Shown here: piece by piece, positions 43,901 through 58,900 of the stretch
How positions within the stretch are numbered: the stretch's first letter is position 1
How the letters are laid out: the number at the start of each line of letters is the position of its first letter
Assembly (NCBI RefSeq): GCF_964213995.1
Contig: NC_135813.1
Span: 20,646,001 to 20,710,000 of the forward strand
Direction of reading: 5' to 3'
Source: Mustelus asterias
Taxonomy: Eukaryota
Length of the DNA stretch: 64,000 bases
Notes under the pieces: model-generated
Told to the model about the DNA's origin: nothing
Databases searched by the model: none
Seen by the model: the letters and a program-made list of their open reading frames with translations, nothing else
Program-made: the position numbers and the translations under genes

Positions 43901-46900
43901 GAGGGTGAGTGTGAGTACACTGAGGGTGAGTGTGAGTACACTGAGGGTGAGCGTGAGTACACTGAGGGAGAGTGTGAGTACACTGAAACTGAGTGTGAGT
44001 ACACTGAGGGTGAGCGTGAGTACACTGAGGGAGAGCGTGAGTACACTGAGGGAGAGTGTGAGTACACTGAGGGTGAGCATGAGTACACTGAGAGTCAGTG
44101 TGAGTACACTGAGGGTGAATCTGAGTACACTGAATGAGAACACTGATGCTGCGTTTGAGTACACTGAGGGTAAGCATGAGTACACTGCGACTGAGTGTGA
44201 GTACACTGAGGGTGAGTGTGAGTACACTGAGGGTGAGTGTGAGTACACTGAGGGTGTGTGAGTACACTGATGCTGAGTGTGATACACTGAGGGAGAGTGT
44301 GAGTACACTGAGGGAGAGTGTGAGTACACTGAGGGAGAGTGTGAGTACACTGAGGGAGAGTGTGAGTACACTGAGGGTGAGTGTGAGCACACTGAGGGAG
44401 AGTCTGAGTACACTGAGGGAGAGTGTGAGTACACTGAGGGAGAGTGTGAGTACACTGAGGGAGAGTGTGAGTACACTGAGGGTGAGTGTGAGTACACTGA
44501 GGGAGAGTGTGAGTACACTGAGGGTGAGCATGAGAACACTGAGGGTGAATCTGAGTACACTGAGTGAGAGAGTGAGTACACTGATGCTGAGTGTGAGTAC
44601 ACTGAGGGTAAGCATGAGTACACTGAGACTGAGTGTGAGTACACTGAGGGTGAGTTTGAGTACACTGAGGGTGAGTGTGAGTACACTGAGGGTGAGCGTG
44701 AGTACACTGAGGGTGAGCGTGAGTACACTGAGGGAGAGTGTGAGTACACTGAAACTGAGTGTGAGTACACTGAGGGTGAGCGTGAGTACACTGAGGGAGA
44801 GCGTGAGTACACTGAGGGAGAGTGTGAGTACACTGAGGGTGAGCATGAGTACACTGAGAGTCAGTGTAAGTACACTGAGGGTGAATCTGAGTACACGGAG
44901 TGAGAACACTGATGCTGAGTTTGAGTACACTGAGGGTTAGCATGAGTACACTGAGGGTGTGTGAGTACACTGATGCTGAGTGTGAGTGCACTGAGGGAGA
45001 GTGTGAGTACACTGAGGGAGAGTGTGAGTACACTGAGGGAGAGTGTGAGTACACTGAGGGTTAGCATGAGTACACTGAGGGTAAGCATGAGTACACTGAG
45101 GGTGTGTGAGTACACTGATGCTGAGTGTGATACACTGAGGGAGAGTGTGAGTACACTGATGCTGAGTGTGATACACTGAGGGAGTGTGAGTACACTGAGG
45201 GAGAGTGTGAGTACACTGAGGGAGAGTGTGAGTACACTGAGGGAGAGTGTGAGTACACTGAGGGTGAGTGTGAGCACACTGAGGGAGAGTCTGAGTACAC
45301 TGAGGGAGAGTGTGAGTACACTGAGGGAGAGTGTGAGTACACTGAGGGTGAGTGTGAGTACACTGAGGGTGAGTGTGAGTACACTGAGGGAGAGTGTTAG
45401 TACACTGAGGGAGAGTGTGAGTACACTGAGGGTGAGCATGAGAACACTGAGGGTGAATCTGAGTACACTGAGTGAGAGAGTGAGTACACTGATGCTGAGT
45501 GTGAGTACACTGAGGGTAAGCATGAGTACACTGAGACTGAGTGTGAGTACACTGAGGGTGAGTTTGAGTACACTGAGGGTGAGTGTGAGTACATTGAGGG
45601 TGAGCGTGAGTACACTGAGGGTGAGCGTGAGTACACTGAGGGAGAGTGTGAGTACACTGAAACTGAGTGTGAGTACACTGAGGGTGAGCGTGAGTACACT
45701 GAGGGAGAGCGTGAGTACACTGAGGGAGAGTGTGAGTACACTGAGGGTGAGCATGAGTACACTGAGAGTGAGTGTGAGTACACTGAGGGTGAATCTGAGT
45801 ACACGGAGTGAGAACACTGATGCTGAGTTTGAGTACACTGAGGGTTAGCATGAGTACACTGCGACTGAGTGTGAGTACACTGAGGGTGAGTGTGAGTGCA
45901 CTGATGCTGAGTGTGATACACTGAGGGAGAGTGTGAGTACACTGAGGGAGAGTGTGAGTGCACTGAGGGTGAGTGTGAGTACACTGAGGGAGAGTGTGAG
46001 TACACTGAGGGAGAGTGTGAGTACACTGAGGGAGAGTGTGAGTACACCGAGGGAGAGTGTGAGTACACTGAGGGAGAGTGTGAGTACACTGAGGGAGAGT
46101 GTGAGTACACTGAGGGAGAGTGTGAGTACACTGAGGGTGAGTGTGAGTACACTGAGGAAGAGTGTGAGTACACTGAGGGTGAGCATGAGAACACTGAGGG
46201 TGAATCTGAGTACACTGAGTGAGAGAGTGAGTACACTGATGCTGAGTGTGAGTACACTGAGGGTAAGCATGAGTACACTGAGACTGAGTGTGAGTACACT
46301 GAGGGTGAGTTTGAGTACACTGAGGGTGAGTGTGAGTACACCGAGGGTGAGCGTGAGTACACTGAGGGTGAGCGTGAGTACACTGAGGGTGAGCGTGAGT
46401 ACACTGAGGGAGAGTGTGAGTACACTGAAACTGAGTGTGAGTACACTGAGGGTGAGCGTGAGTACACTGAGGGAGAGCGTGAGTACACTGAGGGAGAGTG
46501 TGAGTACACTGAGGGTGAGCATGAGTACACTGAGAGTGAGTGTGAGTACACTGAGGGTGAATCTGATACACTGAGTGAGAGTGTGAGTACACTGAGGGTG
46601 AGCATGAGTACACTGAGAGTGAGTGTGAGTACACTGAGGGTGAATCTGAGTACACGGAGTGAGAACACTGATGCTGAGTTTGAGTACACTGAGGGTAAGC
46701 ATGAGTACACTGCGACTGAGTGTGAGTACACTGAGACTGAGTGTGATACACTGAGGGTAAGCATGAGTACACTGAGGGTGAGCGTGAGTACACTGAGGGA
46801 GAGTGTGAGTACACTGAGGGTGAGCGTGAGTACACTGAGGGAGAGTGTGAGTACACTGAGGGTGAGCGTGAGTACACTGAGGGAGAGTGTGAGTACACTG

Positions 46901-49900
46901 AGGGTGAGCGTGAGTACACTGAGGGAGAGTGTGAGTACACTGAGGGTGAGTGTGAGTACACTGATGCTGAGTGTGATACACTGAGGGTAAGCATGAGTAC
47001 ACTGAGGGTGAGCGTGAGTACACTGAGGGAGAGTGTGAGTACACTGAGGGTGAGCGTGAGTACACTGAGGGACAGTGTGAGTACACAGGGTGAATGTTAA
47101 TACACAGGGTGATCGTGAGTACACTGAGGGAGAGAGTGAGTACACTGAGGGAGAGTGTGAGTACACTGAGGGTGAGCATGAGTACACTGAGGGTGAGTGT
47201 GAGTACACTGAGGGAGAGTGTGAGTACACTGAGGGAGAGTGTGAGTACACTGAGGGTAAGCATGAGTACACTGAGGGTGAGTGTGAGTACACTGAGGGAG
47301 AGTGTGAGTACACTGAGGGAGAGTGTGAGTACACTGAGGGTGAGCATGAGTACACTGAGGGTGAGTGTGAGTACACTGAGGGAGAGTGTGAGTACACTGA
47401 GGGAGAGTGTGAGTACACTGAGGGTAAGCGTGAGTACACTGAGGGAGAGTGTGAGTACACTGAGGGTGAGCGTGAGTACACTGAGGGAGAGTGTGAGTAC
47501 ACTGAGGGTGAGTGTGAGTACACTGATGCTGAGTGTGATACACTGAGGGTGAGCATGAGTACACTGAGGGTGAGCGTGAGTACACTGAGGGAGAGTGTGA
47601 GTACACTGAGGGTGAGCGTGAGTACACTGAGGGACAGTGTGAGTACACAGGGTGAATGTTAATACACAGGGTGATCGTGAGTACACTGAGGGAGAGAGTG
47701 AGTACACTGAGGGAGAGTGTGAGTACACTGAGGGTGAGCATGAGTACACTGAGGGTGAGTGTGAGTACACTGAGGGAGAGTGTGAGTACACTGAGGGAGA
47801 GTGTGAGTACACTGAGGGTAAGCATGAGTACACTGAGGGTGAGTGTGAGTACACTGAGGGAGAGTGTGAGTACACTGAGGGAGAGTGTGAGTACACTGAG
47901 GGTGAGCATGAGTACACTGAGGGTGAGTGTGAGTACACTGAGGGAGAGTGTGAGTACACTGAGGGAGAGTGTGAGTACACTGAGGGTAAGCGTGAGTACA
48001 CTGAGGGAGAGTGTGAGTACACTGAGGATGAGTGTGAGTACACTGAGAGTGAGTGTGAGTACACTGAGGGTGAGTGTGAGTACACTGAGGGAGAGTGTGA
48101 GTACACTGAGGGAGAGTGTGAGTACACTGAGGGTAAGCGTGAGTACACTGAGGGAGAGTGTGAGTACACTGAGGATGAGTGTGAGTACACTGAGGAAGAG
48201 TGTGAGTACACTGAGGGTGAGCATGAGAACACTGAGGGTGAATCTGAGTACACTGAGTGAGAGAGTGAGTACACTGATGCTGAGTGTGAGTACACTGAGG
48301 GTAAGCATGAGTACACTGAGACTGAGTGTGAGTACACTGAGGGTGAGTTTGAGTACACTGAGGGTGAGTGTGAGTACACCGAGGGTGAGCGTGAGTACAC
48401 TGAGGGTGAGCGTGAGTACACTGAGGGTGAGCGTGAGTACACTGAGGGAGAGTGTGAGTACACTGAAACTGAGTGTGAGTACACTGAGGGTGAGCGTGAG
48501 TATACTGAGGGAGAGCGTGAGTACACTGAGGGAGAGTGTGAGTACACTGAGGGTGAGCATGAGTACACTGAGAGTGAGTGTGAGTACACTGAGGGTGAAT
48601 CTGATACACTGAGTGAGAGTGTGAGTACACTGAGGGTGAGCATGAGTACACTGAGAGTGAGTGTGAGTACACTGAGGGTGAATCTGAGTACACGGAGTGA
48701 GAACACTGATGCTGAGTTTGAGTACACTGAGGGTAAGCATGAGTACACTGCGACTGAGTGTGAGTACACTGAGACTGAGTGTGATACACTGAGGGTAAGC
48801 ATGAGTACACTGAGGGTGAGCGTGAGTACACTGAGGGAGAGTGTGAGTACACTGAGGGTGAGCGTGAGTACACTGAGGGAGAGTGTGAGTACACTGAGGG
48901 TGAGCGTGAGTACACTGAGGGAGAGTGTGAGTACACTGAGGGTGAGCGTGAGTACACTGAGGGAGAGTGTGAGTACACTGAGGGTGAGTGTGAGTACACT
49001 GATGCTGAGTGTGATACACTGAGGGTAAGCATGAGTACACTGAGGGTGAGCGTGAGTACACTGAGGGAGAGTGTGAGTACACTGAGGGTGAGCGTGAGTA
49101 CACTGAGGGACAGTGTGAGTACACAGGGTGAATGTTAATACACAGGGTGATCGTGAGTACACTGAGGGAGAGAGTGAGTACACTGAGGGAGAGTGTGAGT
49201 ACACTGAGGGTGAGCATGAGTACACTGAGGGTGAGTGTGAGTACACTGAGGGAGAGTGTGAGTACACTGAGGGAGAGTGTGAGTACACTGAGGGTAAGCA
49301 TGAGTACACTGAGGGTGAGTGTGAGTACACTGAGGGAGAGTGTGAGTACACTGAGGGAGAGTGTGAGTACACTGAGGGTGAGCATGAGTACACTGAGGGT
49401 GAGTGTGAGTACACTGAGGGAGAGTGTGAGTACACTGAGGGAGAGTGTGAGTACACTGAGGGTAAGCGTGAGTACACTGAGGGAGAGTGTGAGTACACTG
49501 AGGATGAGTGTGAGTACACTGAGGGAGAGAGTGAGTACACTGAGAGTGAGTGTGAGTACACTGAGGGTGAGTGTGAGTACACTGAGGGAGAGTGTGAGTA
49601 CACTGAGGGAGAGTGTGAGTACACTGAGGGTAAGCGTGAGTACACTGAGGGAGAGTGTGAGTACACTGAGGAAGAGTGTGAGTACACTGAGGGAGAGTGT
49701 GAGTACACTGAGGGTGAGTGTGAGTACACTGAGAGTGAGTGTGAGTACGCTGAGGGTGAGTGTGAGTACACTGAGAGTGAGTGTGAGTACACTGAGGGTG
49801 AGTGTGAGTACACTGAGGGTGAGTGTGAGTACACTGAGAGTGAGTGTGAGTCCACTGAGGGTGAGTGTGAGTACACTGAGACTGAGTGTGAGTACACTGA

Positions 49901-52900
49901 GGGTGAGTGTGAGTACACTGAGGGTAAGCATGAGTACATTGAGGGTGAGTGTGAGTACACTGAGGGAGAGTGTGAGTACACTGAGGGTGAGTGTGATACA
50001 CTGAGGGTAAGCATGAGTACACTGAGGGTGAGCGTGAGTACACTGAGGGAGAGTGTGAGTACACTGAGGGTGAGTGTGAGTACACTGAGGGAGAGTGTGA
50101 GTACACCGAGGGTAAGCATGAGTACACTGAGACTGAGTGTGAGTACACTGAGGGTGAGTGTGAGTACACTGAGGGTGAGTGTGAGTACACTGAGGGTAAA
50201 CATGAGAACACTGAGACTGAGTGTGAGTACACTGAGGGTGAGTGTGAGCACACTGAGGGTGAGTGTGAGTACACAGGGTGAGCGTGAGTACACTGAGGGT
50301 GAGCGTGAGTACACTGAGGGAGAGAGTGAGTACACTGAAACTGAGTGTGAGTACACTGAGGGTAAGCGTGAGTACACTGAGGGTAAGCGTGAGTACACTG
50401 AGGGAGAGTGTGAGTACACTGAGGGAGAGTGTGAGTACACTGAGGGTGAGCATGAGAACACTGAGGGTGAATCTGAGTACGCTGAGTGAGAGAGTGAGTA
50501 CACTGATGCTGAGTTTGAGTACACTGAGGGTAAGCATGAGTACACTGCGACTGAGTGTGAGTACACTGAGGGTGAGTGTGAGTACACTGAGGGTAAGCAT
50601 GAGTACATTGAGGGTGAGTGTGAGTACACTGAGGGAGAGTGTGAGTACACTGAAACTGAGTGTGATACACTGAGGGTGAGCGTGAGTACACTGAGGGAGA
50701 GTGTGAGTACACTGAGGGTAAGCATGAGTACACTGAGACTGAGTGTGAGCACACTGAGGGTGAGTGTGAGTACACTGAGGGTGAGTGTGAGTACACTGAG
50801 GGTAAGCATGAGTACACTGAGGGAGAGTGTGAGTACACTGAGGGTAAGCATGAGTACACTGAGACTGAGTGTGAGTACACTGAGGGTGAGTGTGAGTACA
50901 CTGAGGGTGAGTGTGAGTACACTGAGGGTGAGTGTGAGTACACAGGGTGAGCGTGAGTACACTGAGGGTGAGCGTGAGTACACTGAGGGTGAGCGTGAGT
51001 ACACTGAGGGTAAGCGTGAGTACACTGAGGGTAAGCGTGAGTACACTGAGGGAGAGTGTGAGTACACTGAGGGTGAGTGTGAGTACACTGAGGGTGAGTG
51101 TGAGTACACAGGGAGAGTGTGAGTACACTGAGGGTGTGTGAGTACACTGAGGGAGAGTGTGAGTACACTGAGGGAGAGTGTGAGTACACTGAGGGTGAGT
51201 GTGAGTACACTGAGGGAGAGTGTGAGTACACTGAGGGTGAGCATGAGTAAACTGAGGGTGAGTGTGAGTACACTGAGGTTGAGTGTGAGTACACTGAGGG
51301 TAAGCGTGAGTACACTGAGGGTGAGTGTGAGTACACTGAGGGTGAGCATGAGTACACTGAGGGTGAGTGTGAGTACACTGAGGTTGAGTGTGAATACACT
51401 GAGGGTAAGCGTGAGTACACTGAGGGTGAGTGTGAGTACACTGAGGGTGAATGTTAATACACTGAGGGTGAGCGTGAGTACACTTAGGGTGAGTGTGAGT
51501 ACACTGAGGGTGAGTACACTGTGGGTATGGACACTGAGGGTGAGTGTGAGTACACTGAGGGTGAGTGTGAATGCTGACTGCTCAAATGTGAAGGTGAGGC
51601 ACCTGCGATGAGAGGAGTGATGGGAACTGCGAGGTGTGTGGGCCTGAGGCGACACTGTGCAGGAGGGTGCTGGAGCAAATCCGAGTGTTGTGGGGGGACA
51701 GGGTTTCTCCTCGCCATTCCTGTGTGCGCTAAAGCCTCAACAATCCCAAGTGTTGGTAAGCTTTTCTGAAACATGTAGTGGTCCCTTCAATTAAAAATTC
51801 TTCCTCTGACAGATTGGCAGTGCCACCCCGCCCAACCTCCCGAATTTGTCAACAAGTCCAGAAGCAGATTGTTAATTGGTTCGCTGTGGTAAAGAGCAGC
51901 CAGAGGAAGCCTTGTGGTGCAGTGGTAGCGTCCCTACATCTGGACTAGAAGCTGTGGGTTCGAGTCCAACACCAGGACTTGTTGGGTTCAATGGGTTGAT
52001 AATCAGCTTGGGAATCCTTAACCCCACTTCCCCACTATTTCCCACGGGACAATAAAATATGGGTGTGAAGAGTTGCTAAAACAAAATTGAAAAGCTTTGG
52101 GAAGGTGGGGCTCTGAAATGATTGACACATTGGGTGACCAATGGTGAGGGTCTGGGGGAGGGGTGGTAGGAGGTCACATGATGATATCTCCCAGAATATT
52201 TTGAAAGAACAGCCATTGGCCGGCAGGATGAGTGGGTGGAAAATTAACAAAGGTGAGAAGATTCCACCCTTTGTAATTTTCCTGTTGTGTAGCTTAAAAA
52301 TGTTGTGGTTTTTTACTGTTTGTTAATAAATCTGTTTAAAACCGAGACGAACCTCAGTCTAGTTTATGACAAAACACATTTTTTAACCATCTATTCATCT
52401 TTGGAAATCTACTGAGAGGAAACGAACCCGAGCTGACTGATCGAGCTTGTTATAAAACGGTTTGTTTTGTGTAGGTGAACCATTGCTCGTTTTCTCGTGA
52501 TGGTCAGTTCCTACTGACAGGATCAGACGACTGTAACGTTTGTGTCTGGAATGTTACAGAAGAAAAACTTATATATAAAGTAGCGGGTCACACAGGTATG
52601 CGATCCCAGTGACACCTTTCACTGTTAATGTTCTTTACATATTAATGATTTGTTTGCAACCCATAATGGCTGTTGAACAAACAATGTACCAAACGTGATT
52701 GGATGTATGTTGGAGAAGTTTCTGTAATGATCCATTTTCAGAGACTTCATTATTGAGGAACAGGGGATTTATTGATGAGTCATGTGGAGCAGCAGCATGT
52801 TTGCAGCTAATTCTAGAATACCTCAGCCTAACAGAACCCTTCCCGCTGGGGTGATTCTGCACTCCTGAGTCCTAATTGGTCACCCAGGCCAGGTGACCCT

Positions 52901-55900
52901 TACTCTGCTGTGTTGCCCTTAAAGGGGCAATCACCACATTTTCTTACCCGAGTGAGGCATTGTGACAACTAAAATGTAGGTCCGAGGGTTTAGACCGTAA
53001 GATATAGGAGCAGAATTAGGCCATTCAGCCCATCAAGTCTGCTCAGCCATTCAATCATGGCTGATATGTTTCTCAATCCCATTCTTCTGCAATTTCCCCG
53101 TAACTTTTGATCTCCTTACCAATCAATCTATCTCTGGGTTAAATATACTCAATGACCTGGATTCACCACTCTCTGGCTGAAGAATTTCGTCCTCATCTTG
53201 GTTCTAAAGGGTCATTCCTTTATTCTGAGGCTGTGCCTTCGGATCCAAGTCTCCCCAACAAATGGAAACATCTTCCCCACGTCCACTCTATCCAGACCTT
53301 TCATTATTCTGTAAGATTCAATGAGATTCCCATCATCCTTTTGAACTTCATCGAGTACAGACCCAAAGTCCTCGACACTCTTCATAGGCCAAGCTTTTCA
53401 TTCCCGGGATCATTCTCATGAACCTCCTCTGGACCCTCTCCAAGGTTTGGCAGGAATTAGTTGACCATAGGGAGCTTCAATAATATAGGCCGGGATTATC
53501 CCAAAAAAAACCAACGGGCATGAAAACGGGAGATTTTCCTGCCTGTTTTTTGGGCATATTTACCTGAACGAATCCCGGACACTGTGTGCATCTCAGAATG
53601 CCTCAGAGGGATTCACGCCAGAAAGTGGAGAGCAGGGCCTCATCCCGCTGGAGAGGCCGGCAGCATAGTGCTAAGAGGGTCACTGCACATGTGCTGATCT
53701 GTCAGTGGGGAGATAGGCACATTAGCCACCCCATTGCTGGCCTCCTAACCCCCTCCCCCCAATCGCAGGCCTACTGGACTGCTCCCCCCCCCCCCCCGAT
53801 TACTGGCCCACGAGGCTCCCCTTGGCCAGCCCCGATCACCCCCTCACACCCTCCCCCACAGACCCCATTGCAGAATGGCAGCGGGTTCCCCACCATTACC
53901 AATCAACCCCCGGTGCCTGGTGGGCAGTGCCAGGGTGCCTATTGGGCAGTGCCAGTGTGCCAGGCTGGCACTGCCCTTTTTTCCCCGACCTCCTGTGAGG
54001 GCCTCAATGGCTTCTGTCCCCACCAGCGGGGGTGAGCGCAACTGTTCTCTGTTGGTGGGGAGCACTTGTAAACCCCACTGGTGCGGACCTCTCCCGGCAG
54101 GCGGGGGGAGATGCGAGCGGGCCCGGATACTACCATCCCATTGGTATCATTCATATTGAAATACAGATTTCAACATGCTAATCAGCTCCATGTTGATTTC
54201 TGGCACAGAGCTGATGCGTGAAAAAGCTTTGGCTGGGAGACTCGCGACCGGTGTCCCGTTAAAGGCCTCCTACTAATGTCTCCCAGCTCACTGCAGTACT
54301 CCAGCAGCGCAATGGACTGGGAGAATCCCAGCCGTAATTTCTATTATTGGTCAATATAATATGGACAGGCAGAGTAACAATGAGCCCAGAAGCGAGGGAC
54401 AGAATTGAAATAGCAGTGGATGATGTTGTTTCTCACGATGACAACACATCAGACCATTCCACTCCAGCCTTTGTCCTTCTCCAATTTAAAACTGTGATTG
54501 ATTCACTTTGCTTTTGGCCTTTTTAAAACTAATTATTCATTTTATGACATATCAGCAAGTTTAGACTTTCCAATTTCAGCCTTTTCTCCACCTCCGAGCA
54601 CTTTGCATTTCCTCTGCACTGAGCTCCCACTTGCACCAAATTCCCATTGCCATTCCATTTTTAGTAGATTCTCCCAACTCTGTGAACACAATTCTGCATT
54701 TACCAGATATTGGAGGGAATTTTACATCCCTTTTCTGGATGTTCTCGTTCAGCTGAAGGTGAACCCCCACAGTGGGTTCCTGTTGTGGGGCGGATTGAGA
54801 TGGCTGGTACCATCTTTAACTACAGACAATGCAAAACTCACAAGGCAGATATCTCTGTATAAAGACGTAACATTTATTTAAAACAGAAACAAAACAAACA
54901 GCTGCTCGGTGATTACCAAAGAGTTAAGCAGCTCTGGAATAGAGCAGCAGAGCCTCTATGATGACTAACGTATACAATCAAAAACAGATCAATTATAGAT
55001 TTTCGTATCGATCATTCCCGCCTCATATTAATTCAAATGTAATAAACATACATCAATAATAATTCCTGACAAGTAACTCAGCCAATCGCATTTTACCATC
55101 GGGCATAATGATATCTCATTTGTCCATTTAATCCGGATGCTGACTCCCACCTTGGTTGAACTCGCTTCCCTGTTGCTATCAAACTATGGACGCTCAACAT
55201 TGAGGTCAAAGTGAACATTCCCACTGGTCCATTACCAAAACTGGATAGACACGTGATCCTGCGTCCAGGTACGTATCTATTCTATGTCTAGACAATGAAT
55301 GCCCCTATACATAAAGTTGCAAAATGTGTTCCCTCTCCAGAAACTTTCTGATATGAATTCTGCTAACTACCGGGGTTCCCAGGCCTTTGGCTCTGAACTC
55401 CTTGCTTTTACCATCATTCCTTGCGGTAACTTGCTTTTGGCTGAAATGAACAATGATTCATTCAATACTTCAAATACATTTAAAATATCAACATATATGT
55501 CAAAAAATCATGATTACTTATTTAATTCTCTGATTACATCCACATATGTGTAAACTATTTGTTTCATTAGCTTATTATCTTTGTTTCAAGAATCATTTAA
55601 CTCTTTGCTGGTAGTGCTGTCAGTGCTTTATGTGTTCTGTCTAAAACCATGTTGGCTGGTTAATAATTTCGCCCTTCAGTTCCAAGCAGGTGTCCATCCC
55701 ACCACCCCCAACACCCCTGGTGGGGGATGTGACACAGTAAGAAGTTTAACAACACAAGGTTAAAGTCCAACAGGTTTATTTGGTAGCAAAAGCCACACAA
55801 GCTTTCGGAGCCTTAAGCCCCTTCTTCAGGTGAGTGGGAATTCTGCCCAGAAAAGGGATGTGAGAGCCATACAAAACACCGCTGACACCAGTGGATCTGG

Positions 55901-58900
55901 GACATCCTACTGGCAACCAATGGTGTGCTTTCTCCACCACCTGAAAAAAGGCCAGGGGAGACTGGAAAATCCCATCCATTGTCAGATGGATACTTTAACT
56001 ATGACAATACATTGTGTGATAGATACTTTACCTATGGCAGCATTTTAATTGTATAGCTTCAGTTCTATGGCTGAGGAATGTATGTGTATATATATATGTA
56101 TGCACATTTTTCTAATGCTGTAATTGTATCAGAGTTGTTTAAAGTTGTGTTTGCTTGGTGTGTAATGTCACATGCTGCGTAATAATAGAGTGTGAACAGA
56201 TTCTGGATGTTGTTCTACTCCAACAGGCCCGGTGAAGGCGTGTGCGTTCTCCACTGACTCTACTCTCTTCGCCAGTGGGTCCTGTGACTGCACTGTCAGA
56301 GTGTGGGACATGAAAACAGGAAATTGTCTACACGTTCTGGAAGGTATCTGTGAGAGAATATCCTGATCGCAACAGGGGCAGGGAGCACTCTTCCCCAGCC
56401 GCGCAGTGATCAAAGTTACTGTCTTTGTCCCAGATTAAGGCTGGATAGGTCTGGGGTGGGGGGGGAGGGGCGGTGCAGTAGGGTAGGAGGGGGGAGCTGT
56501 CTGAAGGACAGAGGAATCCAGACTGGGGCAGGCTGAGCTTGGAGCTGACTGCATTAACAAGGGGCTATTGGCATGTGTGAAACCGGGATAAAACCAAGCC
56601 TGTTTACTCTTATTGCCAGGAATGGATTGCCACCTCCATTTTGTATAGTTTGAAATTGGATGGTTGTCAACACCAGCTGATTGTTGGTTTTTTGCTGTTT
56701 TAGTTTGTGGGGCTGGGTAACAGCTCTGTGTGTTGATGCACACATCTGTTACTGCCAGCAGCTTGCTACATATGACAATCGATGAAAACAGTACCTGAGT
56801 CCACAATATGATAAAGTTACAGGGTCACTTTGCATATGACGTGAAAGCAAATTTAATATTAAATCTAGTATTAAGTTTATATTAAGTCTAATATCAAGTA
56901 TTAAATTTAGTAAGGAACTGGAATCAACAGGGCAAATGTTAAGACGTGTTTCAGGCCAGTCTGTTAAGTATTTTGTTACCTGTGTGTAGCACAGAATGAA
57001 GATAGAAGCAATGAGTAATCCCACCCTAACCTTTAACCGGCTGAATCATTTTCCACCCATTGATAGAAAAGCAAAATACTGCATGCAGATGCTGGAAATC
57101 TGGAATAAAAACAGAAAACTCAGCAGTTCTGACAGCATCTGTGCAGAGAAACAGAATTAAGACTTTTAAGACTTATTTAATTTAAGACTTATCTGGATAG
57201 ATAGACACATGAACAGATGGGGAATAAAGGGATATATGCGATTGGTCTAGATAGGACAATGTAATCGGGGCAGACTTGGAGGGCTGAAGGGCCTGTTCTG
57301 TGCTGTTTTGTTCTTTGTAATGTTTAGAGTCTACATGATCTAAATCTTCTGTAGAAGGTCTCCCTCCACAGATGCTGCCAGACCTGCTGAGTTTATCCAG
57401 CATTTTCTGTTTTTATTTCATCCATTCATGTTGTATAGAATTTCAATGCAGACGTCTATTGCCAATGAATAGAATAGAACACAGCAAGCCAGGTTCCATT
57501 TGCACCTATTATTCAGATCTTTTGATCCGGCCATTACAGTTAAAGACAACAACTGGGGCCCATGTTTTGATTCCATAATTAATTTTTAGACCTAGGTCAG
57601 ATAAGATTAACTCCCAAGCAAACTATTTCAAGGAACTTTAAATCGTTCAGACCAGTGCGTTAAATGTTTTCTTTTTGGAATGACTTGATGTAAAAAAGTG
57701 TTCCTTGTGCCTTTGCCAGTTCTTTGAAAGATGATCCATTTAGTTCCAGTCCCTCACTCTTTCCTGCTTATCCTCAAAAGGACAGAAAATGAGGACTATA
57801 TCCAATTTCTCTATGAAAGCAATCACTGAATCTGCTTACTTCAGACTGCATTCCTGACTATAACTTTTTAAAATGAAAAAGCTCTTCTCGTTTCTCCTCT
57901 GGTCTGTTGCCAATCCGGTGTCCCATAGTTTGAGGATCCCCACTCAGCAATGAACATAGTTTCCCCTGAATGATACTCTGGACTCATTCATAATTTTGAA
58001 TGCATTTATTAAGCCTTCCCTCAATCTTTAAGAGAACACTCTTAGCTTCTTTTGATCTTCCTGTAATGTCTTTTGAGAGATAGCAACAAGCCCCATTTAA
58101 GTGGCACAGTGGTTAGCACTGCAGCCTCACAGCGTCAGGGACCCGGGTTCGATTCTCGGTTTGGGTAACTGTCTGCGCAGAGTCTGCACATTCTCCCTGT
58201 GTCAGCGTGAGTTTCCTCCCACAGTCTGAAAGATGTGCTGATTAGGTGCACTGGCCAGGCTAAATCTCCCTCAGTGTAGCTGAATAGGCACCGGAGGGTT
58301 TTTTCACAGTAGCTTCATTGCAGTGTTAATGTAAACCTACTTGTGACACTTATATAATAACCTTAAGGGAAAAATAAGCATACCTTTGGAAAATATACAC
58401 ATGTAGAAGAAGCTCATTTATGGACAGAATGCTAAAAGAGAAAAAAACTCAAGAGAGGAGCATTTCACACAGTTATGATGTATCTAATATACTGTGACAG
58501 AGTCTGGGCTGGCACAAGAGCAGCCTGAGAAGGAGGCAACAGAACACAACAGTTTTACCCACAAATTAGCACTAAATGTAAAACTTTTTGTGCAAACCTT
58601 TCCATTTTTGTGACATCGTGGAGTCATTAGACTGCGGTTATGGCTGAAGGAAGAAAAACCTATTTCCTGAAAATGGTGTCAATATTCCCCTGTAAGTAAT
58701 AGTCCAATTCTCCGAATCTTTTATCAGTGTGCGGGGCTAGATGATGTGAAGTGTAGATCAAGACAAACATTCGTGGGAAAAGAAAAGAAAATCCAGAATT
58801 CCTGAAGTGACAATAAATTCAGTAACATTTACTGCTCTGGGCTTTAGTCAATGAAGTTTAGTTTTAACGTTTAGCTTTATTTTGTGTGAAAACTTGTGTG

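Noticed and set aside
43409-51655. Very long ORFs (up to 1936 aa; SVLTLTL, PSVYSHS, PQCTHTL and EYTEGEC repeats)
   Set aside because: Artefact of a 21-bp unit (a multiple of 3) lacking stops in most frames; open in several frames on both strands and lying in a WDR38 intron.
54740-55420. Possible solo LTR
   Set aside because: Begins TG and has a minus-strand AATAAA, but I could not find a matching CA end with a target-site duplication.
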